NCBI RefSeq assembly: GCF_009834535.1
Contig: NC_045699.1
Span: 43,214,001-43,278,000, forward strand
DNA length: 64,000 nucleotides
Source of the DNA: Camelus ferus
Lineage: Eukaryota
Reading direction: 5' to 3'
Shown here: one piece after another, positions 12,301 through 24,300 of the stretch
Layout of the letters: each line of letters starts with the position of its first letter
Numbering within the stretch: the first letter of the stretch is position 1
The notes under the pieces: model-generated
Told to the model about the DNA's origin: nothing
The model's database searches: none
Seen by the model: the letters and a program-made list of their open reading frames with translations, nothing else
Position numbers and translations under genes: made by a program

Positions 12301-15300
12301 GACTAGACAGGTCAGGGAGAGGCTGAGAATTCAAACACTGGGAACCTTGATGGTCTTGACAAGATTGGCTGTGCTGTTGGCCACCTCCTTCGCTGATTGT
12401 ACAAACTGGCGCTTGGCAGTAGGATTGGCAGTACGGGCAGAAGCCAGGCGGCAGCTGTTACACAGTGCAGAGGTGTGTTTGGCAACAATGGTGGCTGCAG
12501 AGAGCACCTGAGGAGACAGAATCGTGGAAGAGCTGTGATGAGGGCAGGAGGGAAGTGTTCACACCAGGGAGGAGCCCCTTTAGGTTGGGGTGGAGAGTAA
12601 TACCCTTGGAAGTCTAATTAGGAAAGACAGAGTCACCTGAAAAGTCAAGGTTTGGGAGACAGAGATGCCCAAAGATAAGCAGGGTGTGGGGGGAAGGAAG
12701 GCGAAGGGCTGACACACTAATGGAGAAATCGTAACAGACTCAGTAGGAAAGTGATCTCAAACGTCCATACAGAAGTGGTGAGCTTGGCAGTAACTGAAGG
12801 AATGATGAGAAACATGCAGGAGAAGACAATTACCCAGAGAAGCTGCGTGTGGAAGGTCAGAGATGGGGCTCCGCTCTCTCCCCAACACGTCCCCCCTCCA
12901 CGTGCCCTCTCCCCACAACAGGGCTGGTGCAGCCTGGCTCAGCAGCCCTTCCCAGACCTGCCCATGGTACCTGTACCCTGGAGTTACCTGGGCCTGGGTG
13001 CAGCCAGGCTCCCCCAGGCTCTGACAGGCCATCTGAATTGCCTGGTTTGCTCGGGCAAACTGTGTGGGCTCTACCAGCCCTTGCTGTCCAGCTTGGCTGT
13101 TGGGGTCAGAGACGCCAACCAGATATGCAGCCTGAGGAGAGAGGAAGTGGGGTGAAGAATAAGGAATATTCCTCAGGTGGGAATTAAATAGTGATGGTGG
13201 GGACAAAGGGCAGCAGAGGTAAGTTTAGTGGCCAGGGTTCTATGTGAGTGGAGGTGTATTAACCAGCTACAGTCACACTATAAAAAAAAAGGGAAAAAAA
13301 CCCTTTCCTGTTCCGTTAAATGTGTTCAAACATTTCAGAAGATTAAAAAAGGAAAAAAGGAAAGCCACATAATAAAGTTTTTATCAAAATTCTATTTAGA
13401 TGTGTATGCGTGTGTATGTTTGGTCTTAAGATGAAAAATATTGCTTACTATAAGTAGCAGTGAAAAAAGTTTGAAAGCCACACATAAACACATATATACT
13501 GAAAGCCTCTTTTAGAGACAGTTTTAAAACTATGGGGATGGTTAACATTTACAGTATCTCCAGGCTTCTAGATTTGGAAAGGGGAAGGAATGGGTGTAAC
13601 AGTTGCCCAAAATTTGTTTTGATTGGAGGACCATCATAAGGTTTGATTATTACTTCACCCAACATATGGTAGCTTTGCTTTTTCCTCTTCATGCTTTTCC
13701 AGAAATAAGTCAAACCATATAGAGCAGGCCACCCAACAGAACAGGGCAAAGGGAGGCAGGATGGGAAACTCTCAGATGAACTCTCATGCCAGTTTGTCTT
13801 AAGGATTCACATACTAAAGCAAAATACTCTCAGAGCTAATTGACTGTTTATAATTCATAATGTAGAAAAAAGCAAATTTAAGTGGTGACTCAAGTAATTG
13901 TAAATATAGTCCCTGGTACTAAAGTAAAAATTATGTGAAAATAATTTGCATATGTTAATCAGTATATAGCAAGAAAGCCAGGGCTGGAGAAGGCCCAGTG
14001 GTTGGACAGTGTAATCATAACCCAAAGCACCAGGGCTCAGGGGTGACAGCAATCAGAATTGTTGGTGTTCTACAACTGGTGACAAATATCTCCACTTTAG
14101 GAGGGGTTAAGAACTCCACTCTCCATAGAGTTGGCTTTGTAAGCATAACTTTTTTTTTTTTTTTTCCACATAACTTTTGACTGCTCTGCGTGTCAGGCTG
14201 TGAGGAGGAGGGGTAGGGAGGGCAGGGGAGTTCCAGGGACCATCTCAGGAGAATAACCTGTGCAGCTGCCTCGGTGAAGCCACAGAGCGCCTTGGAGGCT
14301 GTGGCGATGGCCTCCCCAAACTCTGGCAGATTTCCGTTCTTGGCATTTTGGGAGATGCCAGTCATGGCCTCACCCAGCACCTGAGGAACAGAGGGTATCA
14401 GGAGAGTCAGATCCTTCCTCAGAGGGGTAAGGCAGCCCCTAGTTAGTTTCCTCTTCCTGCCCTCTGCCCTCCTGGATTCCTGGCTACACCTACCTTTGAG
14501 TTTTCCATGACACTGTCCAGGCAGCCAAAGTAGGACATGTCATTGATGGGCTGGACTGGGTTCTCTAGGAGTTCCCGGACTGTCTGTGTAGGGCGGGGGT
14601 TGACGTGAGATCCGAGACATCCCTTCACCCCAAACCCAGAACACCTTCCTCAACCTCAACCCCATTTGGCCTGCCAGAGCCTACCTCCAATTCCCGCAGG
14701 GCATTGTCACACTCTTTCTGGCCTGGCGCCTGCTGGGTGCACATGGTGATGAGCTGGTTGATGCTGTCGGTCACTGCCCTGGGAGGAAAAGGAAGTCAAG
14801 TGAATGGGTGCCTAGGTCATCATTTCTGCATCCTGTACACATGGGAAGTCTCCAGCTGTTTCTCTTTTGTCTATAATTACTCCTAAGCCAGGGACTTCTC
14901 ATGAAATTCCCCCTCCTCAATCTCTTCAACATTCTAGGGCTGGGCTTCCTAGCTTCTGCTTACCGGGCAGCTGCAGCCAGCTGACTCTTGAGGTTGGGGG
15001 AAGCAGGGTCTGTGGACAGGGCCTTAGCGGCCAGAAGAAGTTTGCTTGAAGACATGGAGATGCCCTTCAAGTTGGACACGACCTGGGCACGGTCCTCCTG
15101 GCTCTGTTGTAGGTGAGAAGGTCAACACATTGTCCGATCCTTTCTTATTTGTCTCTAAAAGGGGCCTCTGTCCCAGACACTCAAGTACTGCTAGAGACTG
15201 GGGAGGGGAGGGAGCCAGGGGCCAGAGAGGACTCCATGGTCACACAGATGCCTCCAGTCTGACCCGTGAACTAGACCCTGTGCCTCTTCATACCGGAGCC

Positions 15301-18300
15301 TGTCCTGCNNNNNNNNNNNNNNNNNNNNNNNNNNNNNNNNNNNNNNNNNNNNNNNNNNNNNNNNNNNNNNNNNNNNNNNNNNNNNNNNNNNNNNNNNNNN
15401 NNNNNNNNNNNNNNNNNNNNNNNNNNNNNNNNNNNNNNNNNNNNNNNNGCCGGCTCTGAGCTTCTTGAAAAGTCCCAGTGCTGGGGGGAAGCTGCATGGT
15501 CAGAGGGGAAGTCAGGTGTAAGAATGGGAAAGGATGTGAGGGAGAGTCTGGTAAAGGAGGGCTGGTAGGTGTGCGCAGAGCCTGGGCTCAGTGAAGGGGG
15601 GTACATCTGGGAAGCTGGGGTCAAGGAGAGGTCCAGAAGTAGGAGGAGGAGCTTGGAATTCTTCATCCCCTAGGTTCCCCCCTCACCCCGCCCCTCTACC
15701 GAGTCACTTAGGAGTCGCTTGCTGGCATCTCCCACTGCTCTCAGGGCATTGTCCACATCGCGCTGGCCAGGCAGGCAGCTGACACAACGGTTCAGGGCCT
15801 GGGTCACTGCTTTGGCCACCTGAGGTAGGAAAGGAGATGGGGGTTGCCAAAACGGAAATAGTTGGGAGATCCCCTCCTCCACTCATGGGACATGGGAGCC
15901 TCTGAAAGTGAAAGCAGAAAGGGGGGGTGTTGTAGCTGAACAGGCTGCAGTCAGGGTATCAAGTGATGGTGTCCAAACTTCCCCAAATGTGGTGTTTAGC
16001 GCAGCCCCTTCCTCAGTCTAGCTGAGACGCTTATACTAAGACTGAGAGAAGGAAGGGTAGAATCCAGAGAGGAGCTGTCACTGCAGATGAGATTCTCTCC
16101 AGGCAGGGTGGGCCTTCTGCTGGGATCTGGGAGAGAGGGTGTAAGTGGCCCCGTCCCAATACCTGACCTGGGCAAGCCTCTGCTGGCTCTCAGGGTCCCC
16201 CGGATGGCCAGCTGCCTTTTTCGCCTCCTCGATGAGGCTGCTGGCCTTGTCCAGTACATCACTCGCTGTGTCGAGCACGATGGCTTGCACCGCAGGGTCT
16301 GATGTCAGGGCAGCTACACCCCTGGCAGCTTGGGCCAAGGACCGCAGCCCACCTGCCACATCTCGAGCTGCAATACCTGGGGTAGGAGACGAGGAGAGAG
16401 GAAGGAAGGGAGAAGGTACCCTCACCGTCAGGCCTTGATGCTGGCTGTTTCCTGTCAGCCCCATCCCTTACCCAGCTCCTATTCCCCCATCCTCCTCACC
16501 ACATGCCCCATTCCTGGCCCTGCCCACATACCTGCATAATTCTCATTGCCCTGGGCAACCTCTCCCAGGAGCTGGGCGATTGCGGAGCTCACTGCTTTGG
16601 TGCTGTTGCCCAGGTCCTGGGCACATTTCTCCATCTAGAGATGAAGGGGGAGACTCAGGGGCACAGATGCAGAAGGAATGGGGAAGATGGAACTTGAGAA
16701 GCTACTTGGGGACAGCTGGCAGTTTAAGTGATGTTCTGGGCAGCTCTGGGGCACAGGTGGGAAGGAAGACTTCAGGGTTTGAGTAAGAATGAGGTCTTAT
16801 GAATACGTACTGTCTCCCCAGGTAGGGGTTTCAGCTTGCCATCTCGAGCTGCTGCCTTCACTTCCTGCAGGTCTCTCTCTAGATTCTGGACCACACTCAG
16901 AGCAGAATCCATCTCCAAAGGCCCACATGCTTCCTGAGCCTACAAAGATATGGGGTTTGAGGTGTAGGAGGTACAGCTGTATCTCACTGATGCCTCAGGT
17001 TGCACAGTTATCCACTTTAGGGTATTCTGCACAGATGCTCCATGACCCCAGGGCTCCACTCTCAACTTCCAAAGCAGCGAGTCAGCTCCCATACCTTCTG
17101 GGCAGCGGTACGGAGTTCAGCCAATGCGGTGCCAAGGTTTTTAGCACACTGACTCAGCTGCATGGCCGAAGCCTGGTCCTGAATTGTTGGCACGGAGGCC
17201 TTCGCAGCTGCCACCATCTTCCCACCTGGCTGTTGGGGAACAGGAGGGTAGATGAAGTGTATCTTATGCCCTCACTGGAGCTCAGTACTGGGGAAGAGGC
17301 TATTGGCAGAGAGTTAATCTGATTAAATATTAGAGGTCTTAGAAGAGTGGGAAGGGCCTGGGCTGAGACGTGGGCGGAGGGTGCCTTGCCTGCAGGAAGC
17401 TCTGGCTGGCAGCAATGAGGGCTAGCTGAGCACTGGGACTGTCAGGCTGGGCTTGGCTCCCTCGGACGCCCTGCACCAGCAGTGGAATCTGCTCTGCCAC
17501 AGCCTGTAGGTGAAAATGTTATAAGAGCCACTTCCCCACAGACTGGGGGAAAGTCCCCCTCCTCCCACACTTCCTCCCGCCCCCGTACACTTCCTGGAGT
17601 CTCACCTTGCAGCTCTGCACCAGCAGGGGCTGGGGACCAGCAGAGGCCTTGGGGGTGGAGGCTGCATGTTGGGCCGCAGCGATGGTCTGTGTAGCTGAGG
17701 CTGCAGCCTGCTTGGCTGCGTGCTTTAAGGACAGAATAGTGATGACCAGCCCCAGGCATTCCTGTACCCTGTCCCTGGCTTATCCTGCCCACACTATCCC
17801 TCAAAGAAATATTAACGGATGCTCTCTCCGCACGTCCTTCCCGGTTTCCTTCCTCCCACTAGCACCTACACTGCTGTATTTCCCAGCCTCACCTCCAGGC
17901 GCTGCACGAGCTTTTTCTTGATGGCATTCTGCTGCAGCTGCATTGGTCGCCATGCGGAGACCCTCAGCTGCCTCCCGCAGCCTCTGCTGCTGCTCCTCAC
18001 TGTCAGGGTGGGCGGCTGCTCCCTGAGAGGTGGCGAGAGGGACAGTTATCACCCAGCATCCCTGTGGACCCTAAATAAGCTTTTCTCTGACCCCTCCAGA
18101 CTCAGACTTATTTTCCTGAAGTCACTTCTATCCCCACTGGAAGGTAATCATGGCTGGGATGAGTTGCCTGAAATGGGCAAGTGGGGAGCCTCAGGAGGCC
18201 CTGGCTTCCCTTTGGGATGCTGAAATCCCTTCCTTAGGTGGAATTATTCCTGCTTCCCCTTTTTGGGGAAGAGGCCATGTTTCTTCTCCTACTCCCCAAA

Positions 18301-21300
18301 ACATACCACCAACAAATGGGGGTGAGCAGGGCTCCCTGGGACAAGGAGGATGCAGTTTACAGCAGGGATCTCAGGGATACCAAAGCAGGGGCCCTGGTGA
18401 CTCCTGCAAACTGAAGAGCCCCCAAGCCCAGGGGCATCTTCCTGACAGTCTTCTGCACCCTTACACCCCTATGGCCCATTGCTTTGTCTTTCTCTGTTCT
18501 GCTAGCAGCAGACCCCTGGAACTGAAAGCCTATGTGCTTTCACAGGAGACCAGGAAGCAGAGGGATCCAGGAAGCAGGCAAGTGGTGGCAGCAGAGTAGG
18601 GAAGAGGGAATAGCAGGCCTCGGACTTAGAAGAAGAAAAAGGTACAGTTTCCTGTCAGTGAGGACTCTGGGAGTCACACTGGCTGGAAGCCTGGCACCAT
18701 CCACCACCGCCTAGGGGAGCATGTACTTCCTCAGTGCTCCTATGTTTGTTCTTCTGTATCTTCTGCTTTTCCTGAGTCCCTCCCATCAGACAAGGATGAC
18801 CCATCTGGACCTTTCTGCTTCCCTGCAGGGCCCGGTCTGGGGGTCTGCACAGAAGGATCTGTACCTTGGCAGCCTCCACCATCTTGGCTGTGGCATCGGC
18901 CAGGATCTTGGCGGCGCTTAATAGCTTGCGGGAATTCTCCAGGTCACTCTCCCCCTCAGCATCAGCCTTGATGGCATTGACCAGGTCAGAGGTGGCTTGG
19001 GCTAGGATGCGGGCCTGTCGCACCATCTCACCTGGGAGCACAGGCACAGTCAGGGAAGGAAGCCAGAGACACTGAGAGGGTGTCAGGAGTTGGGGAAGAC
19101 AAGGCAGACAGGGCTTTTGGGGACAGTAAGGAGACATGAAAGTTCTCTGAGTGATTTCCCTGGAGTTATTATTTTCTGAGTTTAGGCTCTCAGAAAGGAA
19201 TAAATTTCCTGGTGGGCTTTGATGAAGGGAAAGACAGTCTCCAGTGGGTATTTTCAGCAGTCTTGAGAGGATGAGAATCTTTGTGAAGGATTTGGGGGGT
19301 GAGGGAGTGGGGTGGGCATGGCAGTCTCTTAATAATGCCTCTTTCCATCTATTTTTGTGTATACTTTGGTATGTTTTTTAAATGCACCAAAGAAGGCAGA
19401 GATTATATTCCTGCTTTGCAGATGGGGAACCAGAAGTTTCAGAGATTAAACACCCAGCATACTGGGCCTCGAGGAACCTCACTGGGGTTCTCTGTCTTCT
19501 TGAAAGGGTGGGGGCTGTCCTTACCAGCATCACCCATGGAGCTAAAGATGTTCTCGGTGACAGTGAGGATGGTGTCAGTGGCCTGGTCATAACGGCCAGC
19601 AGGCCCAGCCCCTGTGGCGTGGGCCCTCACATGCTGCAGCAGCTCATTCAGGGCCTGCGTGACGGCTGTGGCTGCTGCTCCTACCCCCCGCAACAGCTGC
19701 CCATCTTCTGTGGCTGCCTGGGAGGCGGACACACAGCCTTCCACGGCTTTGGCCACAAGTCGTCCGGCTTCCACCAGTTGCTCTTGGCAAACGGGGGAGC
19801 TGATTGTAGGTGCCACCACCTGTGGGCAAACTGAGTTTCAGAGATGTAGGCGAGAGAAATGAGTTGTGAAGGTGAAGTGTTTGTGGCGTTCACAGTAGTT
19901 GTTAGGCTGCGGAGTGAGGCCTCCGGGGTCAAAGAAATGAAGTGAGAAGCTCTTGTGTCCGTGGTAGCAACACCACTCGGCACAGGCTGGAGAAGCTTTC
20001 GGGGCTCACCTTGGTACAGGCCACCAGCTGGGAGGTGGACAGGGCACACTGTGTTGCTGCAGCAATAACCTGGGTCTGAAGCCCCGAGTCCTCGGTCCGC
20101 TGGGCCACACTCTTGGCCTTGAGGACCAGGGCAGCTGCAGCACTTGCCACGGCCTTGGCTAGTTGCATGAGCACGTCCTGTGAGAAAACAGCAGTCAGCA
20201 TGGCCTGGGATCGGGATTGGGCCTGGGATCCATGGACCCTTCTCGGACGCATAAGCTGTTTCATTATTCCCACTGACTCCAATCACAGAGCAGTATGTAC
20301 AGAGCAACCAGAACCTACCCCAAGCCCCTGCCTCGAGCACCGAGTAGGACAGAACCTACACCGAGGAACAAACCCACACCAAGAGAAACAGAGCCTACAC
20401 CAAAGGGAGAAATGCGTGAGGCGGATACACTCGGACCGCGCTGGGGAGGGAGGGCAGCGCTGTTACAATGGGATGGAGGGAGGAGGTACCTCTTGGGGTC
20501 CCGCCTACCCCCTCAGCTTCTTTTCTCCATTTCTTCTCAATCTTGGTTGGAAACAGTCACCCTGGAGTCTTGAGAACAAGTCCCTGTACTACTCTCCACA
20601 ACCCCATTTTCTCAAGTCCTGCCTGTGGCTGCCTCCCCAGCTCCTGGCATGTTCTGCTCCCCCAGGGGGACAGGGGAGGGGGCAGAAGCGAGTGTATGCG
20701 GCTCAGAGAGAACAAAGCTGGGAAGGCCCAGGCCAGAGGCCGTTACCGTGGGGGGATCGGGGGAGAGATCGAACCCCAGCCCCTCTGGGTGCACATATCT
20801 GTGTAGGAAATCCAGGATGACAAGTCAGCTGAGGAAACTGAGGGATCAAGATGCCCTCAAGTTAGGGTGAGGGCTACATATGGGGAAGACAGAGAAAGAG
20901 GACAGGCAGCTAAAAAATATCACCAATAAGGGCCAAGGGTAAACTAGTTGGTTAAGTTTGGATTCAGGGTTTCTGAATTCTCATCCCCAAAAAAGGGACT
21001 AGAGGTTCCCAGTGTCATCTCCTGGAAACAGAGGTTCAGGATGGTCTGAGGGGTCAATTTATAGTAGCAGGACTAGGAGCTGGATTCAGGATCAGAGACT
21101 ACCTCCTAGAAACTGGGGTTCTGGGGGTTGGGTAAGTCACCAACCTGGAAGTGGGGGTCAGTATCGCTTTCCCCAATTTGCTGCAACAGCTCCCCACTGG
21201 CCTGGCCCACGTTCCCAGCTGCTTGCAGCAGGTTCTGACGGGGCTGTGGAGAGTGGACACCAGTCAGAAGCTGCCCAGTCCCTACCCATGGGTCCTACAT

Positions 21301-24300
21301 GCCCGTGGGTCTCACACTCCCATCACGCAACTTGGACTGGCCTCTCCTCCTTGGGCTTGAACCCGCTCTCCTCCCTAGTGCCAGCCCCATGGGCCCTGAC
21401 CTCAGCGCTGGCCGGCTGGGCACTGCGCAGCAGTTCTGACACCGCCCCCGCCAGGCCCTTGGCTGCCTGCAGCAGGGGCCGGCCACTGCCGCCCTCGTCC
21501 TCCAGCAGGGCAGCCAGAAGCTTCACGCCGCGGGACATCTCCGTCAGGTTGGAGGAGATTGTGGTGACTGCACAGCCAACTGCAGTATAGTCTGTCTCTG
21601 CAGGGTCCCCTGGGGGAGGAGGAGGAAGAGGAGCAAGTGTGAGGGACAGAGCAGGCTAGACGGGGGGCTGGGAGGAGCACAGTCATAGGCAGTTAGTCAC
21701 ACACATGTCCTGAGTGAGACGTACACACACAGTCCCTTCCATGAGTCAAGGTGCAGTCACACTGAGCGTCACACTCATGCTTGCACACGCTCACCTTCCG
21801 CTTCCCCCACATGCCCCCAAAGTTTGGCATCGGCCTACCTGCTGTCAGGTTCACCACGGAGGCAGTACCAGCTGTGATGGCGTCTACCTGGGAGTGGATT
21901 TCATGCTTTGATTCATCCATCTTGTTCTTACGCCAGGCCTTCGAGGCCTGAGAGAAAGAGAAACAAACCTCAGGGTCCCTTCTGCTCCAGTCAACCCCAA
22001 CGCTGTTCCATGGAGTCCCAGCTGCAGTACTGTTGGCCTGTCCTCCATCCCATACTCACAGCATCCTGGCCCAGAGGGGGCAGAGTGTCAAAGTCATCCA
22101 GAGTGGCCTGGGCAGCCTGCACAGCCTGCATGCTGGAGTTGATAGTTCCAGTGAGCGCCTGCTGGGCTGACGTCTACCAGACAGAGGAGGGACAGGGAAC
22201 ACTTAGAGGAAAGAGAAGGTAAAAGAGAGCCTGGGCCCAAGGAGCAGAATACACACAGGGACATGGGAAAAGACTGCCAACTCCTGGCTAGGCCCAGCCG
22301 AGTGGGGGCCATAGGGGGCGCTCTTACCAGAGGAGGCATGTGTCCTCGGTGCATCTGGCCACTGGTAATCTGCTGCTGGGCAGGTGGCATGCTGCCCACC
22401 TGGAAATTCTCAGGACCAGAGGCTCCAGAGCGCATGATGGCAGGCAGGGCCACGGAGCCGTGCTCCACCTTCCCCACCCGGTTATACTGCTGCTGAAGGA
22501 CCGTTGACCTAGAGAGGGGACGTATTGGGAGCACTCCAAGGACTGCCTCCTCCTGTCCCCTTCCCTCCCTGCTCTACCACCTCTGCAGGCCCTGTGGTCT
22601 GGGGGTGCGTGAGGTCACATTACAGCCTGCGACTAGGTAAAGAACCATCCTGAGGACTCCCCACCCCTCACACTCCTTGGAGTCATGCCTTGCCTTCCCT
22701 GCCCCAGAGGGATGAGGTCAGCCCAGCTCTACTTCCTACTTTTTGGGGGAGACCGAGTCCTCCAGCATAGTAGACTCCTCATCTCCCTCCAGTCCAAAGT
22801 GATCCTTGCTTTTTTTCTGTAGGGAGAAAAAAAGAACAAGAGTTAAAGAAGAGGGAAGTGGAAAACAGCCTCTTCTTTCCCCAGTCAGCCACTCTCCAGA
22901 ACCTGGATTCCCATTTCTAAAGGATTGGCTTGGGGAGAAGGAGAAGGCGAGGCAGGCAGTGCTCACCTTCTTAAGGATGATATCGATGTAGCCAGCAATG
23001 AGCTGTGCAATCTGCTCCCCCTCGGTCGTCTGTACTGAGTAGTAGCCATCCTGGTAGTCCCCAAAATCCTAGGGGGACAAGGTGGGGGTTCAGTGGGAAA
23101 GCCTGAATCCACCCAGGACAGAAAAGGGCGGGGTGGGTGCCCAAGGCTGGGCTGATGAGGGTGGCCTCCCACGCCAAGGAAGAAGTCTACCTTTCTTCAA
23201 TCTCCTAATTCTTTATTTTTCTTGAAGGGAAATACTTTATTTTCAAGCAGTGATCTTTATGCTACACAGTTTCAAATAAGCCATTTAGGAAATCTCTCTT
23301 CTCTCACCCTGATAATAAAATTGGAAGGACATATTTTTCATTAATGATCACAGTTGAGGATTAGCATTAGTATCCAAAAGGGGAAACCACCTTTACAGAT
23401 TTCTCTTTCTCAGTGGGGCACTTCCTCAAGGTGGGATCAGTTTTCAATTTATAAAACCAAAACACAAAGCCAGAGGGGGGAACTATCATAAGTAGCTGCT
23501 GCTGAAAGAGGGGAGGCTTATTTTTCTTTCTATCTCTTTTTTCCTTCCCTCTCCCCAAGATTCCTGTGATCTCAGCTTGCTGGTTAGTTTTGTTCTGTTG
23601 ATTTTAAAGAATGTTTCATTTAAGTTTCCCTCATTCTCCAGGAGAAAATTTCTCCTCTATTCTAACCTCCAGGTTCCTGCAATAGTTCCAAAGTTCTCCT
23701 TTTTACTGGAGCCACATTCAGCGCACCTACCCGTGGAGGAGGGGAAGACCTCTGCAGCTGCCCTGTCTCAAAACTCCAAAGCCCTTTCTCCCTGAGCACC
23801 CCCCGCTCACCAGGGTGAAGCTCTTGGGAGAGGCAGCCCAGCGTTTGATGTTTGTGAGGTTCCATTCCTGGATCACCTCTTTGGTCTTCTCATCCACTCG
23901 CATCACACACTCCTTAGTGATGCCCAGAAGCCTGGGCACCAGCTTGTTTTTTCCTTTCATCTTTTCCTGTGAGGTAGAGGCCGTCGCTGGTGTTACTGGT
24001 CAGGGGATCAGATCTAGACCACAGGGGTGCTGAGATGGGCAGGAGAGCTAAACCAGGGTGTGTCTCTGGATGGACCTAGGACAAGGCCATGCTAGGATAA
24101 AGGGAAAGGGAGGGAAAACACAGGATAGGGAGGGGAGTGGTGGTGGAGGACTGACAACCAGGCAAGTTTTCACAAGGAAGAGAATGGGACTCATGGGGAA
24201 CGATGGGAAATGTGACCAAGGGCAGGGTCAGAGACCTTCGGAGAGGAAAGGGAAAGAGCGGAAATAAGAGAGGGCAGGGAAAAGGGTCCATGACTCACCT

